From the IMG/VR virus record IMGVR_UViG_3300048998_000126, positions 1 to 63,944 of that record: DNA of 63,944 bases, one strand, 5' to 3'. Numbering within the stretch: position 1 is the stretch's first letter; each line of letters begins with the position of its first letter. The stretch comes from a virus (Duplodnaviria; Caudoviricetes). Shown here piece after piece: positions 1-8,686 of the stretch. Both the position numbers and the translations under genes were made by a program. The notes beneath the pieces are model-generated. The model made no database searches, was not told the origin of the DNA, and was given only the letters and a program-made list of their open reading frames with translations.

Positions 1-127
1 ACGGCCAGGTCACTAACGTGGACATCGGCTACGCCATGGCGCCGGAGCTGGTCCGTCTGTTCGGTGCGCGCCGGGTAAACAAGGGCTTGGCATTCAAGCT
101 TATGGCTGGGCAGATAACCGATAACGA
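1..127. repeat. 127-bp terminal direct repeat (copy 1); assembly circularisation overlap
   Basis: Identical to 63818-63944. The length of 127 matches a common assembler k-mer, and the repeat lies inside an ORF that reads through the junction. Confidence 0.95.
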
Positions 128-172
128 CGTGGGCGTCGCGCGATGGATTGTGCACAATCACAAGGTCGATCT

Positions 173-457
173 GTGAGCGTGTTTACCCAAGCCGAACGGG
201 ACTATCTGGGCAAGCGGGGCTTCCAGATCGTAGGCGAATCCTCGGCACGGGCCATGGGCACTAATCGCTTGTCAAAAGCCCTGACCAAAGTCCCTTCGAA
301 CAACAAGGACCCGCACTGCCCGTGGTACTGGACGGCCGTGGCTTCCAGCCAGGACGAGAACGTCGCTCTGGAGCTGGTCGTCTCGGCGTCGGAGCAGATC
401 TCGGACCTGATCACGGCGTTTGTGACTGCGGAGTTAAGAGCATGGCGCAGACAGTAG
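173..457 (+). CDS. Small early protein, paralogous family member 1
   Basis: GTG at 173 overlaps the TGA of the junction-spanning ORF. N-term FTQAERDYLGKRGF, C-term SDLITAFVTAELRAW. Confidence 0.75.
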   Translation: MSVFTQAERDYLGKRGFQIVGESSARAMGTNRLSKALTKVPSNNKDPHCPWYWTAVASSQDENVALELVVSASEQISDLITAFVTAELRAWRRQ

Positions 458-690
458 ACGAGGACACCCGTGTTTATATGGCCGCTCGGGGATTTGTACC
501 TACAACCGCTCTCCAACTGTACCGACTCGGGACACCTGGGACCTCAAAAACCATTACCTACAGCGGCGGCCAGTGGAGCGCCCATGTCGTAAACTGGGCC
601 GGCCCTAACGATCTGGTGTGTATCGGTCCCGACCCCATCACCTGCTTTATCACCGCTGAACTCATGAACTGGAGCAACCCTGATGCCTGA
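442..690 (+). CDS. Small early protein, paralogous family member 2
   Basis: GGAG upstream of ATG 442. N-term EDTRVYMAARGF, C-term PDPITCFITAELMNW. Confidence 0.8.
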   Translation: MAQTVDEDTRVYMAARGFVPTTALQLYRLGTPGTSKTITYSGGQWSAHVVNWAGPNDLVCIGPDPITCFITAELMNWSNPDA

Positions 691-1042
691 AGATAAAAAG
701 CCCGACCTGCAAGCGTTCCTTGAACAGCTCGCCAGCCAGTCCGCCGCTCAGCTAGAGGCAGACGCCGCGCTCGGCATGTTCATCCGCAAGGCCTTCGGTG
801 GCTCGCTGCTGACTGCCCTGCGCAGTCCTGACCCGATGGAGCTGGTTTACTTCTGCGCTCGCGAGCTGGTCGGCCACACGGTCAACAAGAGCGAGAAGGG
901 TGTCGTGATTAGCTGCACGGACTTCACCGTCAACGACAAGCCGGTCGGCGACTGGCAGGTAATCGTGACACCGTACGACAAAGAGCTGGCCGAAGCCGTG
1001 GCGGAGCAGCAGCGAGAAGCCGGTAATGGCACGGTACATTAG
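683..1042 (+). CDS. Hypothetical protein
   Basis: 119-aa ORF overlapping both neighbours, with GGAG upstream and genome-typical codons. Confidence 0.75.
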   Translation: MPEDKKPDLQAFLEQLASQSAAQLEADAALGMFIRKAFGGSLLTALRSPDPMELVYFCARELVGHTVNKSEKGVVISCTDFTVNDKPVGDWQVIVTPYDKELAEAVAEQQREAGNGTVH

Positions 1043-1253
1043 CGCAAGATGGTTCGAACTCGATCCTAGGCGCAGGTATTACGGTGATCTAGGATCCACC
1101 ACCAAGCAGTGCTTTTGCGTTCACGTAGACGACGATGAAACGTGGTTCGTCGTCCCACCGAGCGACCAGCCATGGCCGGACATCGTGTTCCCCGACCTGG
1201 AGACGGCTAAAACCTGGGTCGAAATAGAGGCGTCGAACCATGCCAATTCCTAA
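1026..1253 (+). CDS. Small early protein, paralogous family member 3
   Basis: C-term VFPDLETAKTWVEIEASN. Confidence 0.75.
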   Translation: MARYISARWFELDPRRRYYGDLGSTTKQCFCVHVDDDETWFVVPPSDQPWPDIVFPDLETAKTWVEIEASNHANS

Positions 1254-1488
1254 CGCAGCACCGGCCGACGTCCTGCCTGCGGGCTGGATTCAACTGCCTG
1301 GGTGGCAAGCCTGGACACGTGGTAGCGTCCAGAACTGGGCTAAACAATGGGACGTCGAGCGCGACGGTACGCAATACGCTGTCAGCCGCAACGGCAGTGG
1401 CGAGTACCTCGGCGGAGATCGGTTGCTGTTCCCGACGCCGCTGGCCGCCATGATGTGGGTCGAACTGGAAATCTCGAACGCCTCATAA
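1240..1488 (+). CDS. Small early protein, paralogous family member 4
   Basis: GAGG SD. N-term LPAGW, C-term LFPTPLAAMMWVELEISN. Confidence 0.8.
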   Translation: MPIPNAAPADVLPAGWIQLPGWQAWTRGSVQNWAKQWDVERDGTQYAVSRNGSGEYLGGDRLLFPTPLAAMMWVELEISNAS

Positions 1489-1503
1489 CCGCTTGTCATA
1501 AGC

Positions 1504-1532
1504 TTGATCAACCGTTTCAACTCATATATAGT
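1504..1532 (+). promoter_or_regulatory. Putative sigma70 promoter upstream of the AAA+ ATPase
   Basis: TTGATC-17 nt-TATAGT in an AT-rich intergenic gap. Confidence 0.6.
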
Positions 1533-1579
1533 TACTACACAGAGCAGCAATACAGCCGCTCTGACTGATCAACCAGCAA

Positions 1580-1594
1580 TCACGACTGTCGTGA
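1580..1594. promoter_or_regulatory. Palindrome TCACGACTGTCGTGA (operator-like; extends to AATCACGACTGTCGTGATT)
   Basis: Perfect dyad between the promoter and RBS of the ATPase gene; one of 7 copies. Confidence 0.7.
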
Positions 1595-1619
1595 TTCAGC
1601 ATTTCGGAGAACCACCCGC

Positions 1620-2771
1620 ATGAACGTCTCTCAACTCAAACCGATCATCGTCGCGCTGTACAACGCGGATATTACCGGCATGCTCTGGGGCGCGCCGGGT
1701 CTGGGCAAGTCGTACAGCTTCCGCGAAGCGGCCCGCGAACTGAAGACCCAGCTGGGTCTGACCGGTCCGGTACTGGAACGCCACGAGGTGCGCGGGTTCA
1801 TCCAGAGCGGCGGCGATATCAAGACCGCTTTCGGCATGTTCGACCTGCGTCTGAGCCAGTGCGATCCGGTGGACATCGGCGGTCTGCCGCGCGAGAACAA
1901 GGCCAACGGCACCATGGAACGTCTGCCGCCGAGCTGGTTTGCCCACACCCTGCGCAACGACCTGCCCGACTTCGGTATCCTGCTGCTGGACGAGCTGCCA
2001 TCGGCCCCGGCGTCGGTACAGAACGCGGCCTACCAGATCACGCTCGACAAGGTCATCGACGAGTACAAGCTGAAGGACGGTTGGGCTGTGTTCGGCGCGG
2101 GTAACCGCATGACCGATGGCGGCGTGTTCTTCAAGATGGCCATGGCGCTGGCCAACCGCATGTGCCACATCGACGTCGAGTCGAACCTGGACAGCTGGGT
2201 TGACTGGGCTATCGACAACAACATCGATCACAGCCTGCTGGCATTCATCCGCTTCAAGCCTGACCTCCTCAACGAGTTTGAGGCGCACGTGAAGGACAAG
2301 CGCAAGGGCTTGGCGTTCTCCACCGAGCGCGTGTGGGAGAAGACCAACGACTTTCTGGCGAACAACAGCCACGTCGACGGCGTGACCATGCAGGCGATCC
2401 TGGACGGCATCGTCGGACCTGGCCCGGCGGCGGAGTACATCGGTTTTCGCAAGGTCTGGCAGAACATGCCGGACATCAGCCAGATCTGTATCGATCCGCT
2501 GTCCGCGCCGCTGCCCGAAGACGCCGCGACGCAGTACGCTGTATGTACCGCCATGGCTGCCCAGTGCACCCACACGAACATCCCGAACATGTTCGCCTAC
2601 GTGGACCGGTTCACCGCCGCAGGCCGCGCGGAGCTGGCCCTGCTGTTCGTGAAGGACATGCAGCGCCGTGACGGCATCAACCGCGGGCAGAACAAGCCCG
2701 GCTATAAGTCCCCCGTAACAGCACCGGAGTACAGCGTGTGGGCGCACAAGAACAAAGAACTGTTCGGCTGA
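1620..2771 (+). CDS. MoxR/dynein-related AAA+ ATPase
   Basis: Walker A GAPGLGKS, D(L)RLSQxDPVDIxGLP motif, Walker B LLLDE, sensor-1 AGNR, arginine finger ALANR. Confidence 0.9.
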   Translation: MNVSQLKPIIVALYNADITGMLWGAPGLGKSYSFREAARELKTQLGLTGPVLERHEVRGFIQSGGDIKTAFGMFDLRLSQCDPVDIGGLPRENKANGTMERLPPSWFAHTLRNDLPDFGILLLDELPSAPASVQNAAYQITLDKVIDEYKLKDGWAVFGAGNRMTDGGVFFKMAMALANRMCHIDVESNLDSWVDWAIDNNIDHSLLAFIRFKPDLLNEFEAHVKDKRKGLAFSTERVWEKTNDFLANNSHVDGVTMQAILDGIVGPGPAAEYIGFRKVWQNMPDISQICIDPLSAPLPEDAATQYAVCTAMAAQCTHTNIPNMFAYVDRFTAAGRAELALLFVKDMQRRDGINRGQNKPGYKSPVTAPEYSVWAHKNKELFG

Positions 2772-2815
2772 AACGCCAGCAGGACCCGAAGGCGGAGCAC
2801 GAGGCGCGCACCGGA

Positions 2816-3223
2816 ATGTGCGCGAACATGTTGCAGCTTGGGTGGAAGTGCAAGGGATGGACGACGTTGGGACGCCCCAACCACTTCCGCCAGAAGTTCG
2901 GCGACGTGTTCTACGCTATCAAGTCGGCGAACAACGGCGGCACCGAGTGGCGGGCGGAAATGTCGACGGGGCGGACGATACCGCTTCGAAAGACCGGTCA
3001 GAACGTCCACATCATGGCGAAAATAGAGGGGCCGCGTCTGCGCGGGCCTGTAGCGCTGGCCACGTGGCTGGCAGTGGAGATCCGAAATGGCTGTATCCGT
3101 ATTGACGAGAGCAAAGGCCCAGCTGGTGCTCCAGGAGCCGTTCTACGCGACGATCCTCCTGAACCTGAAGGTAGTGGAGACGGACAAGACCAATGGTCGC
3201 CCTTTGTGGATGGTCGCAACTGA
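2816..3223 (+). CDS. Small early protein, paralogous family member 5 (start uncertain)
   Basis: MLQLGW near the N-term and GPVALATWLAVEIRN just before the next gene start. The frame runs 137 nt into the vWA gene. Confidence 0.6.
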   Translation: MCANMLQLGWKCKGWTTLGRPNHFRQKFGDVFYAIKSANNGGTEWRAEMSTGRTIPLRKTGQNVHIMAKIEGPRLRGPVALATWLAVEIRNGCIRIDESKGPAGAPGAVLRDDPPEPEGSGDGQDQWSPFVDGRN

Positions 3224-4235
3224 CGGGGCGAACCTGTACGTCAACCCGGCCAACTTCGAAACGCTGTCGGTAGCCGAAGCCAAGGGCGCGCTCAAGCACG
3301 AGGTTATGCACATCGCGGGTATGCACCTGTGGCGTGGTGGCGGCAAAGAGGCGGACCGCTGGAACCAGGCTTGCGACTACTCGATCAACCCGATCATCCT
3401 GGACGAGGGCGGAGCGTTGCCGAGCGGCGTACTGGACGGGACACCGTTCAAGGGCATGAGCGCCGAGCAGATCTACAAGATCCTGCCGCCGTCCCCACCC
3501 AAGGACCCGAACGCGCCGCGCGATCCTAACGGCAACCCGCTAGATGACGACATGATGCCGCCGCAGAACCCTGGCGCGTCCGGCGAAGCAGCAGCCAAGG
3601 TGATGGTGGCTCAAGCGGCGGCAGTGGCCAAGGCTCAGGGTAAGCTGCCCGGCTCGCTGAAAGAGCTGGTGGACAGCGTCATGCGGCCAACGGTGGACTG
3701 GAAGGAACAGCTTCAACAGTTCCTGACCGAGATCGAGCCAGCGGACTACAGCTTTGCCCGGTGCAACCGCCGGTTCATCGCAGGCGATGCCTCGATCTAT
3801 CTGCCGGGTATGTCGTCGAACGACTCCATGCGCGAACTGGGCTACGTCAACGACACGTCGGGGTCGATCAGTCTGGACGAGATGCGCAAGGGCTTGGGCG
3901 AGATCGGCGGGGCCGTGGAGGACGTGAAGCCGTCGAAGCTGATCGTCGCTCACTGTGACTCGAAGGTTCAGCACCACGAGGTCTTCGATCACCCGTCGCT
4001 GGCGACAGTGACCGAGAAGCTGGAGCGTCACGGCGGGGGCGGTACGAACATGCCGGCGGCGCTGACGTGGTTTACCCGCAAGTTTCCAAATGTGCAGGCC
4101 GTGATTGTTTTTACTGATGGGGAGACCCCATTCGGGAGCGAAGATGACTACCCATTCCCAGTGCTTTGGGCTATTACCAGCAAGCGGATTACCGCTCCGT
4201 GGGGAACCACCGTCCATGTTGAACTTGACGGCTGA
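3087..4235 (+). CDS. HExxH metallopeptidase + vWA domain protein (DUF2201-like)
   Basis: ATDG..LYVNP, HEVMH zincin motif, WNxAxDxxIN, Pro-rich linker, then vWA MIDAS DTSGS / GGGGT / FTDG and PVLW. Confidence 0.9.
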   Translation: MAVSVLTRAKAQLVLQEPFYATILLNLKVVETDKTNGRPLWMVATDGANLYVNPANFETLSVAEAKGALKHEVMHIAGMHLWRGGGKEADRWNQACDYSINPIILDEGGALPSGVLDGTPFKGMSAEQIYKILPPSPPKDPNAPRDPNGNPLDDDMMPPQNPGASGEAAAKVMVAQAAAVAKAQGKLPGSLKELVDSVMRPTVDWKEQLQQFLTEIEPADYSFARCNRRFIAGDASIYLPGMSSNDSMRELGYVNDTSGSISLDEMRKGLGEIGGAVEDVKPSKLIVAHCDSKVQHHEVFDHPSLATVTEKLERHGGGGTNMPAALTWFTRKFPNVQAVIVFTDGETPFGSEDDYPFPVLWAITSKRITAPWGTTVHVELDG

Positions 4236-4485
4236 CGAGCTGGAACTGCTGAAAACACTGGGCTTCGTGCCCAGTGTTCTGACGCCGGGTCAGTGGACGA
4301 AGATGGTCGACGGCATCCAGATGGCGAAGCTTGTCCGACCGCCTAGCGGTGACTGGGAGATGACGACCTGGACGCGGCCGGGGGACGCGACAACGTACGA
4401 CAGCATGCTGCCGCGTAAGGCCCCGTTCAAGTCCCAGACCATCGGCCCGCTACTGACGTGGGCGCACGTTGAGGGGTTGATCTGA
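4216..4485 (+). CDS. Small early protein, paralogous family member 6
   Basis: N-term LTADELELLKTLGF, C-term FKSQTIGPLLTWAHVEG. Confidence 0.75.
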   Translation: MLNLTADELELLKTLGFVPSVLTPGQWTKMVDGIQMAKLVRPPSGDWEMTTWTRPGDATTYDSMLPRKAPFKSQTIGPLLTWAHVEGLI

Positions 4486-4844
4486 TGCGAGCGGGGAGAG
4501 CTACGCACCCTGGCGAAGACCACGCAATGAGAGAAGACCCGCGCATGCGCTGGTTCCCGATGTCGTGGTGTCTGTCTAACCACGACTGGTCCGAGTACAT
4601 CAAGAAGACCTGGCCGCATGTCTACGTGAACGGCGATGCGATCAAGAACTCGCCGACGAAAGACGATCCGCTTGGCGCCCGACCCTTTCTCGCGTTCGGC
4701 CACAACAGCGACAACCAGACGTTCCAGGTCAGGCTGTTTGACGAATCATCGCCGTGGCTCACACCGGACGCCGTGGAGGCTTATCTGTACATCCACTGGC
4801 CGGAATATTTCAGGAGAGGCAGCAATGGGCAGGCACCAGAATAA
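4485..4844 (+). CDS. Hypothetical protein (weak family resemblance)
   Basis: TGATG-coupled start. The C-term WLTPDAVEAYLYIHW only loosely matches the family motif. Confidence 0.6.
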   Translation: MRAGRATHPGEDHAMREDPRMRWFPMSWCLSNHDWSEYIKKTWPHVYVNGDAIKNSPTKDDPLGARPFLAFGHNSDNQTFQVRLFDESSPWLTPDAVEAYLYIHWPEYFRRGSNGQAPE

Positions 4845-5394
4845 ACCCTGGCAGAAGCGCTGGGTTCCGCAGCCGGGTCCGCGTGTCCAGAACGCCGGTT
4901 TCACTGCCCCGGCGACGCCAGAGGGGTGGCACCGACACGAGCGCACCGACTGGTGCGAATACCTCTCTGGGACCTGGGGTAACGGCTGGCGGGTCATCGG
5001 CAAAGCAGGCGTTAAGTGGAAGGTCTACGAGACAAAACTGGACTTCCTCCTGCACGACGAAACCTACGTTTCGAGCGATCTTGTTTTCGAATCCAACTCG
5101 TTCGAGGCGTGCGTAACCTTCGTCAAGATCGAGCAGTCCAACGAACCGGAGCGAGCCATCGGTATGGATTGGGCCGGTATCGAGTCGAAAACTGCGCGGC
5201 TGTCCTTGGGATACAACACTGGTCGGCGTCCGCTTAAGATTGGCGACTTGGTCGCAAGCGAAGCAGCCGCGCAAGACATGCTCGCCCAGTACCGCGCAGC
5301 GTTCATGGGCCAAGAGTTCACGACAGTCGTGATCGACGAGGCGGCTCAACTTGACTTTTCAAAGTTGGAGGACCGTGTCCATGCCCGCCCATAG
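4825..5394 (+). CDS. Paralogous family member 7 with C-terminal extension
   Basis: AGGAG SD. TPEGW ... FESNSFEACVTFVKIEQSN, followed by ~80 extra residues. Confidence 0.7.
   Translation: MGRHQNKPWQKRWVPQPGPRVQNAGFTAPATPEGWHRHERTDWCEYLSGTWGNGWRVIGKAGVKWKVYETKLDFLLHDETYVSSDLVFESNSFEACVTFVKIEQSNEPERAIGMDWAGIESKTARLSLGYNTGRRPLKIGDLVASEAAAQDMLAQYRAAFMGQEFTTVVIDEAAQLDFSKLEDRVHARP
5318..5332. promoter_or_regulatory. Palindrome TCACGACAGTCGTGA (intragenic)
   Basis: Exact copy inside the CDS, read as FTTVV. Confidence 0.65.
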
Positions 5395-5905
5395 TCAGAT
5401 CGAAACGTACACCAAGCGCTTCAGCGAGAACGTCGAGGCCGGGTGGGAGACTCTGCGCGCCCTCCATGAGTTGGGCTACGAGCTGGTGGCGCATCAAGAG
5501 CAGGAGCTGATGTTCATCCGCGCGAACACAGCAATCGTCCCTATAGCGATGTCCGGCCGTCTGGCCTGGATGCACAGCATGTCTACGCCAGTGCACCGCG
5601 TGAACCTCAACATGCGGCTTATGCGCGGCGAGCCTCATTTTACGGACGCCATGGCTGTCGCTGCTTGGTGGGAGATAGAGGTCGCGAACAACCCACAGCC
5701 TGAGCCTTACTCGGCTCCAGGGCCAGCAGCTCCGACGTGGCAAGGTCCGACACTCAATCCACAGCACGTCGCTGCTGGAGTGCCGTACGGCGGGCTGGCT
5801 CCAATAGCGAATCCTCCATGGGACGGCAACGTCTCGCCCAAGCAACAGGCCGAGATGGAGGCGTTTCTTTATGGGATTAATAGCGGTCGGGGCACTCGAT
5901 CATGA
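5381..5905 (+). CDS. Paralogous family member 8 with Pro-rich extension
   Basis: GGAGG SD. LRALHELGY ... HFTDAMAVAAWWEIEVANN, followed by a Pro/Ala-rich tail. Confidence 0.75.
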   Translation: MPAHSQIETYTKRFSENVEAGWETLRALHELGYELVAHQEQELMFIRANTAIVPIAMSGRLAWMHSMSTPVHRVNLNMRLMRGEPHFTDAMAVAAWWEIEVANNPQPEPYSAPGPAAPTWQGPTLNPQHVAAGVPYGGLAPIANPPWDGNVSPKQQAEMEAFLYGINSGRGTRS

Positions 5906-6246
5906 CACCGCTGTCACTGACCGACCTGGTCATGCCAGACGGGTGGTTCTGCGTGAACATGTCGGCGTCGGGTGTGGGATTGTACGAGAAGTGGTTTGTA
6001 GTGGAGAAACCCGCGTTCAGCTTACGTTTCGGTAACCCCGTCCACGCCGGAAAACATCAGACCAGGACTTATCGCGAAACCACCAAGTACCGAGTTTGCT
6101 TTAACGGCTTCTGTGGCGGATGGACAATACAGGAGAAGAAAACGGGCGTCGGCGACTGGCAGTGGTTTATGTCCGGTGTGGCCTTTCCTTCGCACGTAGG
6201 CGCAATGCTTGCCCTTGAGATAGAACTAAGTAATAATAAAGCCTGA
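5902..6246 (+). CDS. Small early protein, paralogous family member 9
   Basis: ATGA overlap. MPDGW ... AFPSHVGAMLALEIELSNN. Confidence 0.75.
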   Translation: MTPLSLTDLVMPDGWFCVNMSASGVGLYEKWFVVEKPAFSLRFGNPVHAGKHQTRTYRETTKYRVCFNGFCGGWTIQEKKTGVGDWQWFMSGVAFPSHVGAMLALEIELSNNKA

Positions 6247-6290
6247 TATATAGCTCTTACACACTTCCGAACTTAAAAAGAGTAACCAAC

Positions 6291-7160
6291 ATGACAAATG
6301 AATCCCGCATCCACGGCCACGCAATGCTCGTCGGCCTGAACGTCACCCAGTGGTCCGCCCGCAAAGTCGACAAGCGCGCCGCTGCCGAAGTCGCCAGTAC
6401 CCACAACGTCGCCAGCAACAAGGGCACCTACTACAAGTCGTTGGTAGAGGGCGGAGCGCTCGAAGAAATCAAGGTCATCGCCACCAAGGCCCGCGCAGCG
6501 CACTACCGCCGCACGCTGCCGTGGTCGGACGCCGGCCCGCGTATCCTGTCCAACATCGGGTACCTCGACTACATGGCCGAGATCGCCGCCCTGCGCGACG
6601 AGTTCGACGTTCAGGTCGAGAAGTTCGTTGTCGAGTACCCAGCGCTGCGCGAGGAAGCCAAGCGCTTGCTCGGTACCCTGTTCAACGAAGCCGACTACCC
6701 GAGCACCGCAGTCGTCTCCGCCAAGTTCTCGATGGAAACCGTTGTCATGCCGATTCCACGGGGCGAAGACTTTCGCTGCGACATCGGCGAGGCCGAAGTT
6801 GAAGCCATCCGCCAGTCGATTGAGCAGGGCAATACGCGCGCCGTCGAGACTTGCATGAGCGACGCCTTCAACCGAGTGTTGAAGGTCACCGAAGCGCTGA
6901 TGGACCGTCTCGGCGCCGAAGACGCTGTGTTCCGCGACACCCTGATCACCAACGCTCGCGACCTGGCCGACATCCTGCCGTCGCTGAACATCACCGGCGA
7001 CCCGGTCCTGACCGACTTGACGAACCAGCTGGTGAACAATATCTGCGTGCACGAGCCTGAGGCTCTGCGCCACAACAAGACCACCCGGCGCCAGGCGTAT
7101 GACGCCGCCATGAAAATGAACGCTGGGCTGATCGACTTTTTCTCCGGGGGTGCGCAATGA
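6291..7160 (+). CDS. Helical phage protein, DUF3150-like (commonly near MoxR/vWA genes)
   Basis: 289-aa ORF with LVxLNVxxWSxRKxD, TLPW..G.R.L and YP motifs. Family assignment is from recall. Confidence 0.6.
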   Translation: MTNESRIHGHAMLVGLNVTQWSARKVDKRAAAEVASTHNVASNKGTYYKSLVEGGALEEIKVIATKARAAHYRRTLPWSDAGPRILSNIGYLDYMAEIAALRDEFDVQVEKFVVEYPALREEAKRLLGTLFNEADYPSTAVVSAKFSMETVVMPIPRGEDFRCDIGEAEVEAIRQSIEQGNTRAVETCMSDAFNRVLKVTEALMDRLGAEDAVFRDTLITNARDLADILPSLNITGDPVLTDLTNQLVNNICVHEPEALRHNKTTRRQAYDAAMKMNAGLIDFFSGGAQ

Positions 7161-7765
7161 CTATCAAATCGAAACACGAACAGGAACTGGAAGCAGAGCT
7201 CAAGGGCCTGCTGTCCGGTGCGCTGTCGGCCAAGGATGTACTGAGCGGGCCGCGTAAAGCCGTTGCCAGCAAGCCGGGCGTTCCGTTGCCGACCGCCATG
7301 GACAAAACAGCGGAGGGGCTTCGCGAGCTGCGGGACGCGCACGTAAGTCCAGTCCCCGCCGGTGTCTATAGAGGCATTGGCGAACATATCCGTTCCCAGC
7401 CCGCGCTGGGGGCGCCCTATGGCCCGGCCACGGATAATCACGACAGTCGTGACCCGATGGCCCGCGTGCTGGACCTGCTCGAGCGGCTGGAGACCCGCAC
7501 CGTCCGTATGGAAACCCGGATCACCAACACCATGCGTTACCTGGGCTTCCCGCCCCGGGCGCCGCTCATGGACCCGCCGAGAGGGCGTGTGTGCTGGTCT
7601 GACGGCGATCTCGTGGTCACCGGCTCCAACGTGCCAGTGCGCGACATCAGTTGGCTCATGGCCCAGAGCAACCCTAAGCACGACGTGAGAATCGTCGTCA
7701 ATAACGTGGTGTGGGCAACCCTGCACCACCAACCTCAAGCCGCTTTCGGCGTAGAAGAGAACTAA
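7157..7765 (+). CDS. Hypothetical protein
   Basis: ATGA overlap with the upstream gene; 202 aa with a coiled-coil-like middle segment. Confidence 0.7.
   Translation: MTIKSKHEQELEAELKGLLSGALSAKDVLSGPRKAVASKPGVPLPTAMDKTAEGLRELRDAHVSPVPAGVYRGIGEHIRSQPALGAPYGPATDNHDSRDPMARVLDLLERLETRTVRMETRITNTMRYLGFPPRAPLMDPPRGRVCWSDGDLVVTGSNVPVRDISWLMAQSNPKHDVRIVVNNVVWATLHHQPQAAFGVEEN
7438..7452. promoter_or_regulatory. Palindrome TCACGACAGTCGTGA (intragenic)
   Basis: Exact copy inside the CDS, read in a different frame (NHDSRD). Confidence 0.65.
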
Positions 7766-7769
7766 GGCA

Positions 7770-8225
7770 ATGACCGACAACCTGATCCCGGTGGCAGACG
7801 TCACCAACGAACCCACCCGCGACGAAGTCCACGCGCAGAGCCGCGAGCACGTCGAGGGCGTGCTGAACCGTAAGGACAGCTATCTGATGATCGCGATCAA
7901 CGGCGAAATCGAGGGCGGCCTGAACGTCATCGCGGCGTGCGACGAAGGCCAGCTTAACGTGTTCTCGCTGGCGCTGATCCAGATGCTGGGGATGGAGATC
8001 ATGGGCCCTGATCGCGTCCAGGCTATCCCGCCGCAGATGATCGGCGCGGTAGCTACGGCGACCGGCCTGAAGCGTCTGAACGACGTGGTGCAGGCTCAGG
8101 CGCAGCAGGCGGCGCAAGCCATGCAGCCAGCGCAGACACCGGCAGGCGATATCAACGCCGCGCATAAGGAAGCAGCCGAAGGCTTCGCTTCAGTGGCAGC
8201 CCAGACCGATGGCAAGCCGGTTTAA
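7770..8225 (+). CDS. Hypothetical protein
   Basis: 151-aa ORF, tightly packed, typical codon usage. Confidence 0.75.
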   Translation: MTDNLIPVADVTNEPTRDEVHAQSREHVEGVLNRKDSYLMIAINGEIEGGLNVIAACDEGQLNVFSLALIQMLGMEIMGPDRVQAIPPQMIGAVATATGLKRLNDVVQAQAQQAAQAMQPAQTPAGDINAAHKEAAEGFASVAAQTDGKPV

Positions 8226-8487
8226 AGGCACCAACAAGCCCACTTACATGCGTTGCACCTCGACCCCTTGTCGCCACCGCTTCAAGGGGTTTGAGGGTGA
8301 CAAGTGCACCCTGTGCGGGAAGAACGCCACGGTCAATGCCGAGTACGTCGCCCGGCCTTGGCGTAAGCATTTGTGCTACTGCACGGGCATGGCGTGGGGC
8401 GACAGGGGTTCACCGCATCGGTATGGCAGCGGGGACTGCGATTTTAATCCGAGGAAATATCAACATGACCCAGACCAGCAAACCTGA
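8209..8487 (+). CDS. Cys/His-rich putative zinc-binding protein
   Basis: CxxxxC, CxxC and CxC...HRxGSxxC motifs. Confidence 0.65.
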   Translation: MASRFKGTNKPTYMRCTSTPCRHRFKGFEGDKCTLCGKNATVNAEYVARPWRKHLCYCTGMAWGDRGSPHRYGSGDCDFNPRKYQHDPDQQT

Positions 8488-8686
8488 GTTTGTCACCGTA
8501 GTAGTTCGCGTCGACGACCCCGAAGCTGCCCAGCCGTGGCTCCACACCGTCGGTGCTGCGTTCGCGGAAAAAGAAACCATCGCCGGGATCACCGTCACCG
8601 GTATGGCGAACAGCGACGAGATGACCCGCGTCGAATACCTGGAAGGCCTGTTGGACGAGGAGAATATCCATTATGACCAGGCGTGA
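8465..8686 (+). CDS. Hypothetical protein
   Basis: GAGG SD before ATG 8465; overlaps the ligase start. Confidence 0.7.
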   Translation: MTQTSKPEFVTVVVRVDDPEAAQPWLHTVGAAFAEKETIAGITVTGMANSDEMTRVEYLEGLLDEENIHYDQA

